From NCBI GenBank assembly GCA_000004985.1, contig GG738935.1: 64,000 nt of DNA; one strand, given 5' to 3'. This document shows, in pieces, positions 20,917 through 33,987 of this stretch. A program made the position numbers and the translations under genes. The stretch comes from Naegleria gruberi. Lineage: Eukaryota. Every line of letters starts with the position of its first letter. Positions within the stretch are counted from its first letter, which is position 1. The notes beneath the pieces are model-generated. The model saw only the letters and a program-made list of their open reading frames with translations. It did not search any database and was not told the origin of the DNA.

Positions 20917-21956
20917 TGAGTTGCACGAAGTTTGATGAGCTCAGCACGCGTCTTTGCCAATTTACCAACTAGAGTGTCAAATCCTAATAATACAATATTT
21001 TCTGGAGTTTGCGATCCTGTTGTTTCAACTGTGAAAATAAACTCACGTTTACCTCCTAAATCCTTTTCCTTAATTGATACAAAATCTTTGAATTCTGGTG
21101 AAGTATTAGGTATCAATTCATCGTTGACAAAGTCTTTGCATTCATTACAATAGGTGCATTTATCCAAATCAATGATAAGTCTGTCATCATTGGTTACAGA
21201 AAATACCTTAGTTGGGCAAGAGTTAATAAATTTGCCAATCCAATCTTTAACATTTTTACGTTCATCTTCTGAAATGCAACTTTCAGTAAAAACGTATGAA
21301 GAAAGTGCACGACCAGCAGCAGGTACTTCAGTTTGATTATCTTGGTCGGATGGATTGACTGGAGTATTTTGACATCCTTTAATTCTAATATCAGGAACGA
21401 TATAATAAGTTGTAATAGCAACAGGAGACCACTTAGCGTGACCTTTTCCTACACCTTTCTTAGCTATGGCCTTTAATTTAATTTCTTGTCCTCTCTTCAA
21501 TTTAACAATTGTAATACCATTATGTTCATTTTCATTATCACGAGAAGTTGCCGATAATGTACAAGGTGCACAAGAAGGATTATTAGAAATTAAATCGTTA
21601 CTTGTAACATCTCTGTGTGATTCTGTACACTTGACGTGGAGTGTTAATTCAACAGAACACTTTTCACAATGGCCTGTACAACTACAATCACTAGTATAAC
21701 TAAAAGAATTAATATTTAAACATGTAAGAGGGATTAATCCTAAACGATGAGCAATAAATTCATCGTGAAGAACACTGCTATTCATTTCAAATTCAACAAG
21801 ATCGATAGCAAGAGTAGGTACCTCAGCGATCATGATACGTCTTAGGGCATTAGCAATACTAGTATCCACATTAGATAATTTAAATTTACAATACTCATCA
21901 GTCAAGGCTAAGATGGAAAGTTGAGCCTTGTTATTGTCTTGATGATAATCGTTCAT
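20913..21956 (-). CDS. DNA-directed RNA polymerases I and III subunit RPAC1 (AC40; Rpb3/RpoD family)
   Basis: The dimerisation domain reads LRRIMIAEVPTLAIDLVEFEMNSSVLHDEFIAHRLGLIPL. A zinc-loop motif CSCTGHCEKC follows. GHAKWSPVAIT is present. The AC40-specific segment NSCPTKVFSV...CTYCNEC and the C-terminal REFIFTVETTGSQTPENIV are present. The probable start is the ATG at 21954..21956 (aaaaaaaATGAACGAT). The ORF-track start at 22040 lies in the 5' leader. Confidence 0.8.
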   Translation of the reverse strand: MNDYHQDNNKAQLSILALTDEYCKFKLSNVDTSIANALRRIMIAEVPTLAIDLVEFEMNSSVLHDEFIAHRLGLIPLTCLNINSFSYTSDCSCTGHCEKCSVELTLHVKCTESHRDVTSNDLISNNPSCAPCTLSATSRDNENEHNGITIVKLKRGQEIKLKAIAKKGVGKGHAKWSPVAITTYYIVPDIRIKGCQNTPVNPSDQDNQTEVPAAGRALSSYVFTESCISEDERKNVKDWIGKFINSCPTKVFSVTNDDRLIIDLDKCTYCNECKDFVNDELIPNTSPEFKDFVSIKEKDLGGKREFIFTVETTGSQTPENIVLLGFDTLVGKLAKTRAELIKLRATH

Positions 21957-22362
21957 TTTTTTTAAATTATTTAATTTTTTATTTTTCCATACAACAACCA
22001 TTTTACCTTCAGTTCTTCTTTCACCAATTTCATTTCTCAAAGGCTTTTTGAAAGAATATTTTCATCATGATGGCAAAGCCTTTGATTTTACTAAGTATAT
22101 TTCTTTTTTAATGATGGAATGATGAGAATGATGAGGAAGAATTGGGTTGCGGATTTTTAATAGAAGAGAAACGGAGAAGATTATCCTCTTGAGACCATTC
22201 AACTCCGAATACTATTAAACAACAACAACAATAATTCATCCAATAGATGAAGCACAACAATAAACACAATATTGTGTGTTTTAATCTCATCATTCAAAAA
22301 CTTGGTGAGACAATAGCAAAGGTTAAAGCGGACATTGCCACTCAACCAAAGATATAAAAAAA

Positions 22363-25300
22363 TTGAATGAAATGCTCAACGACCATCATCACCACCATCA
22401 TGATGATGGGCAACAAAATAGCCTTCCATCAAAACAACAACAACAACAGGCTTTAACAACAATACCTCTTTTAACAAGTCAATCATCATCATCACCTCCT
22501 CCTTCTCTGATAAACAATGAACAAGTAGTAATAGAAAAGGAATTATTTTGGAGATCAATATTAGGATCAAATTATAAATCATCGATGGAATCATCATTTG
22601 CAGATATTAATTTACATCACGATGAAAATGATTTAAATATTGAAATGAATTCTTATAATGATTTTGATGAATATAATATAAAGGAAATTAAAGATTGGTG
22701 GATTAAATATCGTGATTCTATTTCAAAATCGGAAAAAGAAAATTCTTTAATTCAACTTGTCACTTTAATATCAGATTCTTTTGATAGTAACTCTGACATT
22801 CATTATGTTTTACCTTTTTAGTAAGTATTACCATAATAATAACAATTACAATTAGAATATATTTAATTATTTAAAATATTACAGTAATATGGATATTTCA
22901 CAACTAGTGACAGATTTATCATTAGAATTAATTAGACATTTTTGTGATTTATTTAAGGAGGAATATAGTGTCACACCTAATAATATTATTAAATTTATTA
23001 ATAGACATATAACAAATGATGATACCAATTTTGTAAATTCAATTTTGGGAAGAATGGATTTTGAGAAAATTAGAAATTTTTACTTTAAATCAACAAGTGA
23101 ATATCCATTCTATTCGTATCATGATAGTTTATGTAATTTAATTACTAAATCACTATCATTATTATTGGAAAGTGTAAGTGGGCGTGTTTAGTTTCTAATT
23201 TTATTTCTTATTTCTAATAGTGCAATAATATTAATATTATGAATGGACTGAGTACAGTTATTATTACAAGTATGAGATTATCAAGTATTTGGTTTGGATT
23301 ACCAAAGAATAAAACCATGAATAATGGTGGTGGTCAACAATTAACAATAGAAAATACAAATTATACTATATTAAGTCCTATTCAAGAAAGATTGGCCGAA
23401 TATATTCAAGTTTATTATACCTATTCAACATCTAGTGAACAATATAAAATCAGAGAAGTATTGACAACGGAGGATACTAATCCATGTATCATTCTATCAA
23501 ATTTACTTTTACAAATTTCTAAAAAGAGTGTCAATGTGTTTGTTGAAGTATTTCAATGGACAAGTTTGTGGAAGATTGTGATTGATATTTTCAAGAATTT
23601 GTCCAAATTTGATGAAGAAAGAATGAATATTGAACATTTTATTCAATTCTGCAATTTTACAAGTTTGTCTTTTGGTAACATGTTTCTTCATGCTTCCAAG
23701 GATATTAGAAAATTGATAGAATTGAGTTCATCTAAGGTTTTTATGGAAATGATGCAATATTTGGAACAGTTTGTAAATAGTGCTGAAAATGAATCAAAGA
23801 AATTTAAAACTTTGGAAAAGGTTGCAATTTTATATGTGATTGAAATTTATGTTTGGGGTCTCTTTACATCTCTCCATTTAATTCCAAATTTGTTAATTGA
23901 ATTCCAACATTGTGATGGATATGATTTGCTGAAGAAAGTTTTCTATGCCATTAACAATTCTGAGAAGAGCGAATCATCTCAAGATTGCTTTCTTTTACAA
24001 TTCCAACAACAAAAAATGTTAACAATATTGCATGTAATGATTAATCTTGTTTTAGAATTGACAACACATATTCAATTGGTTAATCAGGAAGAAGCTATTC
24101 AGGAACAACTTGGAAAGTGTAAGAGAAATCAACATGTTTTTGGGCTATTGGTCTATCTTTATAATCATACAGACATGTCCAAGATTGGAAGTGATTTTTT
24201 ATGTAAAAGAGAGTTATTAGATCACTTACTCTCTAATTTGACACTTTTCCACGAGGAATATTTCAAAATTCTTTACAATAGTGAACCTTTCAAGTATATT
24301 TGTGAGAATTTTACTTCTACATCAAAGGAAATGCAAATTCAAGTTTTAAAAACTTTTGATCACTACATTCAATTATTCACTCTATTAGATTCATCTAATG
24401 AAACACAAGTTGATGAAAATTTAATATGTAGAGATTTTAATGAGTATCTCAAATTGTTACTGACCAATCATGATATGTTTTTAGACTCAATTATGAGAGT
24501 TTGTAATCATTTGATATCTAAAATTCAGGACAAGTCCATTTATCACAAGATTCAACTACTTTTTAGAAATTCAGGATTTACAAAATTAATACTTCAATCT
24601 ATTGATATCAAACAAAGAAATAATCAAGTTATGGCAAAACTAGTACAACTAATTTATTTATTCTTAGAAGGAAATTTAGATAATCACAAAGATTTTATGG
24701 GTCAATTAACTCCAAAGTCAAATCCACTCTACAAATTATTGTATGATGAAGAGTTGATTGGAGAAACATTACCTGTCATCAAAATGATTGTTGTTAATGA
24801 CAAATCACAAACATGGGACTTTATTATATCAGATTTATTGGAAATTATGTTTATTAACAATCTAGATGAATCTAGTTTCAATTCAATGTACTCTAACATT
24901 CATCAATCGCACAATTCAAGTGTTAAATTTTGTGAAAAGCACTTGAGAATGTGTGAAAAAATCTTATGCTGCATTAGAAAAATGTTTTTGGAGAATGAAA
25001 ATGTAAAGAATTCCTTTAGAAAATGTAAAGGATATGAAAAGATTATCAACTTACTTGTTCTAAATAGTACAAATTTAGAATGTTACGATTTAGTCTTTTC
25101 CATTGTCCAATCATGTATTAATTTACTTATACTTTCAATGAATGAGAATTCAGACAATGAGATTTACTTTAAAAAGTTTATTACATTCTCTTCATTATTG
25201 TCTCCATTACACAAATGTGGATTTGTTAAGAGTTATGAACATGGTATTAATCTGACTATGAATTTGTTACAATTCTCAGTTATGGACTATGGTTTATATG

Positions 25301-28300
25301 AACCAAATAATTCTGATAGATTTAGAAAATTAATTGAAGAAAAAGTTCTCTTATTTGAAAATCCTGAAATGATTCCAGAGGTAATTCTTAAATTATATGG
25401 TAGAAATCTGAGTGAAATTGATCCAAAGTTATCAAATTTCCTTGTTGATATGCTTTTTAGACTTGTGAAATATTCAACAAACAGACATCGTTTGTCTAGA
25501 GCTAAATCTCTTTTAATTCTAATGAAGGAATTTACAACAGTTCTATTGGAGCCTTCTCACTATCTTTCTAATAGAATTACCAAATTATTAATGCTCCTAG
25601 GTGCTCACAATTTTTCTCCTCGTGAAATGCAATACTATTTTACATTGTTCACACCTGACAGATTGAATACTATTATTCAATCATCAAATAATAATGGAAA
25701 TTCCCTCACTAGTACCACTAATTCAAATAGTTTCATTTCAATTTTGAATAGCAGTGGTAACAGTGGTAGTAACAGTAATAGTAATAGTACTGAAATGATT
25801 GCAAGTTCACCTCTTCCAATTCTACCTTCCACCAAAACAATTAATAATTTATTGAAGACATTACTTGAATTGGGTGAACAAACTTTTATTCCAAATTATT
25901 ATATTGACTTTTCTCCTCTCAACAAGGACAAGGTATTCCGATATGATGATTTGACTCAACTCAAGAGTAAGAGATTGAGACTCTTCTCTAGCTCTTCAAG
26001 TAAGATGGCTCACGATAGAGAAGAAAGAATTTTACTGAAGAGAACACTTAATACTTTTTCATCAATTTTATTCCCAAAGATGAATTATTCTTCATGGCCG
26101 TCCGAGAAGGGACATACAACTACTTTGTGGTTCAGAATTGAAAGTAATTCCAATTCCAAGATTAGTTTATTCAGTTTCTCTTCTCATGTCAATTCAATGG
26201 TATTTAATGTTTCAATGACACCTGATATGAAATTGAATATAGAGATGGAAAGAACAAATGAAAAATTAGAATGGACAGAAACATTTTCAAATTATGAATT
26301 CAAACTCTATCAGTGGTATTTTATTGGTATTAATCAACAATTAATTCAATTACAAGATAAGATTGAACACAAGTTTGGATTATTTGTAAATGGTTTTCAT
26401 GTTCAGGAAGTTGTTCATCAAGAATCTATTGACAAATCTATTATGGATATGTTCAAATCATTCTTGAGTTTCTCTCAAACAAGTTTAGAATTTATTGTTA
26501 TGGGATCAAATGCCTATGACATGTCAAAAACAGTTAATCAAACAATGAAGAGTGTTAATAAGAGATCAGGATCATTGAAATCAACTCTTTCAATCAATAC
26601 TTCAAATATTGCCTCCAACTCATCAACAAGCGTTGGTCTTCATATTCCTAGTCCAATCAATAATAATAACACTACTAATAATTTATTATTGAATAGTGCT
26701 AGGAGTAGTTCCAGTAGTTTGAGTTCAAATACAGCACCAGTACATGGACATAATGCAAATGTAACAGCCCAATCTCCTTCAGATGAAGATAATTCAGCAC
26801 TAGCTAATCAACAAGAGAAATTATTCACTTGTCCAGCATTCCAACTTGGTAACATGTTCTTTATTGAAGAATGCTTGAATGATGAAGAAATGTACATGAT
26901 GTATCATTTGGGTCCTAATTATATGGGCAATTTTGATGAAGATTTATCTCAATACTTTTGTAATGAAATGATTAATGAGGAAAGTGTTGTAAAATTCAAG
27001 AATAAGATTTACTATATGAAAGATTGCTCAAACAATGTAGGTTTGAGTCAATTAACAAACAGATTTGTTTTTGCATTTTCATCAGTGGATGCTAGTTTAA
27101 TTACAAGAATAGCTCAACAATCACAATCAAATTCATTGGACAGTGTTGATATTGTTTTTAGTAATAATAAGAAAAAGAAGATGGCTTCCTCCAATACTAG
27201 TAGTAGCTCCAGCTCGACATCAAACAGCTCATCCAAGGTTGCAGCTACACCTTCTGATAGTAATGCCTCTACACCAATGTCTGTTGGTTCTCCAACTCCC
27301 TCTCCATCAACTGTTACTGCTTCCTCTTCCTCTAATAGCAATAACACTGCTTCTAGTGATGCTAGCTCTTCAAGTAGTAGTGGTAGTGGTAGTGGCAGTG
27401 GCAGTAGTAGCAATAGCAATGTTGTTTATAATGTTTCTGATATTAGATCATACATACCTAATAGAAATTACAACAATGCCAATGCACTCAACTATCAAAA
27501 GACAACTAATTTTACTTCAATCAAGTGTTACCTTTCTGGTAAAACAACACTTGTATCAAAGTGTACATTTAAGGGTAATTTATATGTTATTGGAGGAATG
27601 AAAGCAATTTTAGGTCTTTATGCCAAGATGAAAGATCCATCAAGTAAGATTTACACACTCCTATTATTATCTTATTTGATGAAAAACAACTCGCTCAATA
27701 CTTCTGAAATGCTAAGATTGGGAGGATATGACATGTTAAATTATCATTTCCTTTCATCTAAAGATAGTCAATTTGAAATTACTCCATCAGTTCTATTAGC
27801 ACTTTTAGTAATGTGTGGACTTGATATTCCAAATGATGTCATAGTCAATTCAGTGAATCTTAAGGTGAGAGATATTTGTAAGCGCGGAGTTATTAATAAT
27901 TTTATGGCATTTGAAAAACTCTTATTAGATTATAGAATTTGGCATACCAATGCTAAAGTTGATACTTTGAAGAAAATGTTAAAATGTTTGGCAGAGTTGG
28001 TTTCCTCTTCATTCAGATCTAAAGTTAATGAACATCACCGTGCTATTTTATTAACAACGGCAAATGGTGTTAAAAGATTGCTCTTTGCCATGTCTCAATC
28101 ATATGTAGTTGGTGAAAAGATTGATTGGCCAATTAAGATTATTAATCCAACCATCAAGATTCTCAAATGCATCATTCCAACACCAATTTCAATGACCTAC
28201 GTTTATCCAATTGTTCAATATATTATTTTAACTCATCATCAAGATTATGCTCAATGGATGAATGAAAATAATATGAACAACAATTACATGCCACAATTAA

Positions 28301-31300
28301 CAACAACAACAACAATAGGAACAAGTGAAGATGGTTCTAATAATCATCTAGACAGTCATTATGGAAATGTTGAAATTATTGAACCAAGAAAATCAGTATT
28401 GAATATGTTCTATAATTTGATAGAAGAGGCACCTGAAGATGTGTTGGAAGATTTCCACTCTGTTTTGCCAACAGGACAAATTATTGCACTTTTAAATACC
28501 AAATCAAATCTTATAAGATGTATTCTATTGAAAATGTTAGGAGTTTACTTGTCGAGAAAGGAAACACTCAAAGATCAATTTATTAAGAGTAATGCTGCTC
28601 ATTTATTGACATTACAATTGTTAGAAGTTGGAAATCCTTCTCTCTTAGAATTCCAAGTTATGTTTGATTTAATGTTGGGTCTCTTCAATAATAATACGAC
28701 AACTGCAGCAGCTGCTGATTATTCAAATGATTATATAGCATCTCCTGTTAAAACGAGACGAAACAGTATAATTCTGAGTTCTGGTGCCACAAGTGGTGGT
28801 ATTGATTCAATCGATGATTTATTAGAATTAGGAGAGGGTGATGATGATAAGACAGCCCTCCAGAGAACATCACTTTTCCTTCCTACCTCAATTTCTCATG
28901 CAGCTTTCTTATTACCAAAATCTACATCAGGTTCTTGTTCTTCTAATGGTAGAGATTCTTCTGATTCTTCACCAACAAAGAAGAGATCAAGATCAGTTTA
29001 TTTCAAATCCATGAATGCTGCTACAATTGCTTCATCACCAACCAATACAAACACCGCTCTCAACTCTACTGCAACTAGTAGTAGTAGTAGTAGTACTACT
29101 TCTGGAAAATCGCTTCATATTCCTAGTAGTAGTGATAGTCCTATGGGATTTACAAACTATAATACTACACCAAAAGGTAGTAGTAGCAGCAGATATATCA
29201 CTACTAATAGATTGAAGAATTCAATTTCTCTCATTAAATATGAATTCTCTCAATTTGAATTCAGAGAATTCCTCACACCAATTCTAAGACTCATACCATG
29301 TATTAAAGATATTGAGGAGAAGATTAACGTATTTGAAACTATTTGCAGACTTTTCAAGAATGGTGGTGAAAAATTGAAGTTATACTTTTATGAAATCAAG
29401 GCTCATTGGTATATTCAAGTTTACTTGTCAAATTTACCAAAGGATAATCCACATACCAAAAAGTTTATCAAACTCACATTGGACTTTATTATTGATTATG
29501 TTAATTATAGTATTTTAAATATTCCTAAACAATATTTGGGTCAATATGGTCTGAAAGGAAGTGTTGAAATATTGACAAATATTTTACAATACCTTTTAGT
29601 GATGGAGAAGAGTTCTTATGATATTATTTTCATTCAAAATATGCAAAGATATATTTTACAAGGTGTTCTTGCCTTCTTCCAAAAGAATTATCTCTTCCAT
29701 GAAAAATCCAAAACCTTGAAGAAGGATAAACAACTTCAAAAGAAGGAAAAAAAGATCAAAGGCCATTTGAGTGCTGTTTTCATTTCATTCTGTACTTGTG
29801 CAACTGACTATATTATTCAGTGGTTCGATTTACCTCCAGAACCACCAGTTACCAATGAGGAAACCACAACAGGCAAGATAAGTATGATGGGGTCATCTGC
29901 TATTGCACAAAAATATGGAAATATCAGTGGAACAAGAAGAAACATTACTAGAATGTTTGACGATTCTTCAAATAATTCTTTGAATACTACTACTGGTTCA
30001 CATACTCTGAAAACCTCAACTAGTATGATATTCGAAAAACAACACATTGAGGATGAATCTCCAACAGTTCAATCAGAATCTAATAATACTGAAGACAACC
30101 CTCAACTTTCCCAATTCAAAAATGTTCAATTTATTGATAATTATGTGGGAACTGATGATACAACTCAAACCAAAACAGTCAAGATTCAACAAGATCAAGC
30201 TTGGGATCAAAGATCACTCTCTTCCAAGATATTCCACAATTATGAACGTACACTTTCACAAGATGCATCTTCATCATCAGAAGAGGAAGAAGGAAATGAT
30301 TCAACTCTCTTTTCACACAATATTCATGATATTTCAGGATTTATTTATTGGTTCATTGATTCTATTCGTAAATGTCTTGTTATTCAAAAGAAGGGATCAT
30401 CAAAATCAAGTAGAACTGGAAGTTTCTATGATGAAAATCAAGATTTCACACCAATTACTACACCTGAATTTATTCTAGTAGAACAATTGAAGAGAATTTT
30501 CATGTTCTTATTGGATTCTAAACGTTCCAAACCTGATCATATATTCACACTTCTCCAACTTTTATACTTCTTCCCATTCCATAGTGAATTGATTATTCAT
30601 GATCTATTACAAGAACCACCAGGTTATCAAGAGATGGTTAATTGTGGAAAGCTTTTGAAGAGTTTCTGTTCAGATACCAAGTACATTACCAGATTATTAT
30701 TTAGAACTGCAAACTTGTTTGATAAGACTGATACTATTCTACCACAATTGAATAGAAAAGTTTGGAAAGTAATAATTTCAACATGTAAAGATTATTTGAA
30801 GAAGAATATTTTCCCAAAAACATTTGATCCAAATGATCCAGATTTTGTGAGTATGGTTGAAGAAGCTTCAACTGTTTCGGAGAATATTTCATCACTCATC
30901 TTTGAACCAAGTGTTATTGATCAAGTGAGAGAATGGGAATCTAATGAATTTTCAACCTTCAACTCTAAATTAACTGCTGTGACAGAGGTAATTCTAAAAT
31001 CAGAAGAATCAGACAAGAAGAAGGATTCAAATATTAGAAAGAATTTAAGAAATGAACAAACACAATTAGAATTGAATAAGATTAAATATATGAAACCACA
31101 CATGCTCAAATTGAAATCAATTAAGGATACAGATTTACAAGCTAGAAAACAATGGAAAATGCTTGTCAAGTTCATTCAAGAAGATGTCAGCTCCTTCAAT
31201 GTTTATTTCCACACCACCAATTCATATTGTGATAAAACAATCAAGACAAGATCAACCATTACAACAACAAGAAGTCACGTCACTAAAGAAAATGATTATC

Positions 31301-33960
31301 ACAGATTATCATTCTCTCCATATGATGATGAAACATTTGAAAATGTTGACTACAAGTTAGATTCAACATCTGGTCCAAATCGTGTCAGAATGAGAATGAA
31401 GAGACAATTGAAAAAGAGACCATTCAATATTGATGAATTCCAAAGTGAAACTCAATTAACAAATGTTCAATCATCACAAAAGAAGAGATCAGTCAAATTT
31501 AGTGAGATTACAACTGTTCATGGTGGAAATGGTAGTAATACCAATTTGAATAATTCACAAGATGATGATGAAGTAACCAGTTCTTCAACTACAACAACAA
31601 CAACATTGAATGAGAACTCTTATCACTTGTCAATTTCAACAATTATTTTAGAACCAAAGAAGTGTAAGAGAATTACACCACTCAGAATTACGGAGGGTGA
31701 TTTGATTTTAGGAGAAGATGGTGTCTACTTTATTGCTTCTTGCAGTTATCCATTGACAATTAGAACTAATTCTTCCTCTACAAATCATTCTAAACAATTG
31801 GAAATGAAAAAGACTTATAACTTTTCCTATGAAGAAATTAGAGAAATTCACAATCGTAGATATTTACTCAAGAACAATGCTTTGGAATTCTTCCTATTGA
31901 ATGGTAAATCATTCTTCTTTGCATTTGATGATGGTGAAACAAGAGATAGAGTATTATCAATCCTTTCATCTCCCTCCTCTAGATTTAATTATCTAAGTTT
32001 AACTCCAAATTTGAACTTGTTAAATTTAGTTAACTATGAAGAAGAAGTTAATGGAAAACTAATCTTTAAGAAATCAATTACTCAAAAATGGGTTGAAGGT
32101 ACAATTAGTAACTTTGAATATCTTATGCATTTGAATATTCTAGCTGGTAGATCATTTAATGATTTGACTCAATATCCAGTCTTTCCATTTATTTTAAGAG
32201 ATTATGATAGTAAGGAACTTGATTTATCAGATCCAAATACATTTAGAGATTTAAAAAAGCCAATGGGTGCATTGAATGAAAAACGTTTAGAAAAGATTAT
32301 TCAACAATATGAAAATTTGAAAGATGTTGAAGATCAAATTCCATATCACTATGGAAGTCACTACTCTACTCCAATTGCTGTATCTTATTATCTTGTGAGA
32401 ATGGAACCATTTACTAGAATTTTCTTTGAATTCAATGATGGAAAATTGGATTTACCAGATAGAACATTCCACTCCTTAAAGAAATCTTGGGAATTATCAT
32501 CAGGAGAAACTCAATCCAAATCAGATTTCAAAGAACTTACTCCAGAATTCTTCTACTTGCCAGAATTTTTACAAAACAGAAATCGTATTGATTTTGGTAT
32601 TTTACAAAATGATAAGAGTTTTGATGATGTAGAATTACCACCTTGGGCTAATGGTGATCCTGTTTTATTTATTAGAAAGCATAGAAAAGCTCTTGAATCT
32701 GACTATGTTTCTCGTAATTTACATCACTGGATTGATTTAATATTTGGTTACAAACAACGTGGAGAATCTGCTATTAACAGTTACAATGTATTCCATTACA
32801 TGACTTATGAAGGTTCTCTAACTGATGAAGTTGATTTAATTGATGATCCAATTACAAGAGAAGCCAGATGGACTCAAATCTGTACCTATGGTCAAACTCC
32901 AAAACAATTATTCAAAAAAGCTCACCCTGAACGTTATGCTACAACTAATCTTATGGGAGGTGAAGAAGATACTATCAATGTCATTCCAATTACAAATTAC
33001 ATTTTCAAAGTTGCAAATGAATTATCTCCTGGAAATATTAGAATATTCAAAGAACCTGTTGCTGATATTTATATTAGAAATGATCAAACAACTCACAATA
33101 ATAGTGTTATTGCTGTTGGAAAGTATAAGATTTTCATTCCTCCAAGTGGACAAGAACGTAGAAATTCACCTGTTTATCTATCTTATAGACATTGGGATAA
33201 AACATTGAGAATTGAAAAGTGGGATAATGGAAAGCAATTACACATCTTCCACTTTATGAATCAACCTGAAATTTACAAATGTGCCAAATTCTCACGTGAA
33301 GGTGATATGCTAGTTGTTGGTACTAATATTGGAGCATTGCACGTTTTTAGAGTTAACAATAGAATTAAGATTCACAATAAGAATACTCCAGATACAACAA
33401 ATGTTAATACTGATAAGGATAACAAATTCTTGGACCATGTTGCAACTCTGAGTGGTCATTCTGATAGTGTTTTATGTGTTGCCATCTCAACTGAATTTTC
33501 AATGATTATTAGTGGTTCTCGTGATTCTTGTATGATGATTTGGGATTTGAATAGATTTAGATTTGTTAAATCAATTAAGCATGATGGTAAAGTCACGTGC
33601 ATTGCCACTTCACCAACAACAGGTGATATTGCCTCATTCTGTCAAAACAATGTAAATGGACAAAATCACTTGTATTTATGGACTGTTAATGGTGATTTGA
33701 TTTCATATTGCAACATTAGAGCAAAGATTACATGTATGAAATTCACCTGGATGGATGAAGGTATCAATCAAAATGTTCTTGTTTGTGGTTTGGCCAATGG
33801 TACTATTGCTATATTGGATGCTTTAGGTTTGAAGGTTATTTCTAAACTCAAAATTACTGACTATACTTCACCAATTAGATCAATTGAAATTAACTCTCCA
33901 ATGACAGAGATTGTTGCTGGTGACGACAGAGGTTTTGTTGTGAGTTGGTACAAGAAATAA
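22363..33960 (+). CDS. Giant BEACH-domain/WD40 protein (Lvs/LYST/neurobeachin family), about 3,800 codons in three exons
   Basis: Exons: 22363..22820 (donor TA|GTAAGT), 22885..23173 (acceptor TTACAG, donor AGT|GTAAGT) and 23221..33960 (acceptor TCTAATAG). The BEACH domain reads ...YPVFPFILRDYDSKELDLSDPNTFRDLKKPMGALN...PYHYGSHYSTP...PEFFYLPEFL...WIDLIFGYKQRGESAINSYNVFHYMTYEG. WD40 repeats follow it (SGSRDSCMMIWDL). A PH-like region lies upstream. There are many poly-S/N/T tracts. The size is closest to Dictyostelium LvsA/LvsB-class proteins. Confidence 0.85.
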
Positions 33961-33987
33961 AACAATAAATTTGACTTGATAATAAAT

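Noticed and set aside
22108-22293. Small ORFs (22108..22293, 22376..22597) in the RPAC1/BEACH divergent promoter and first exon
   Set aside because: They are antisense or out of frame relative to the supported BEACH exon 1, and low-complexity.
27114-27601. Antisense and alternate-frame ORFs inside the BEACH gene (27114..27419, 27143..27601, 29015..29215, 30047..30478 and others)
   Set aside because: They lie within a long, well-supported sense ORF and translate codon-repeat regions into poly-L, poly-V and poly-P strings. They are low-complexity antisense artefacts.
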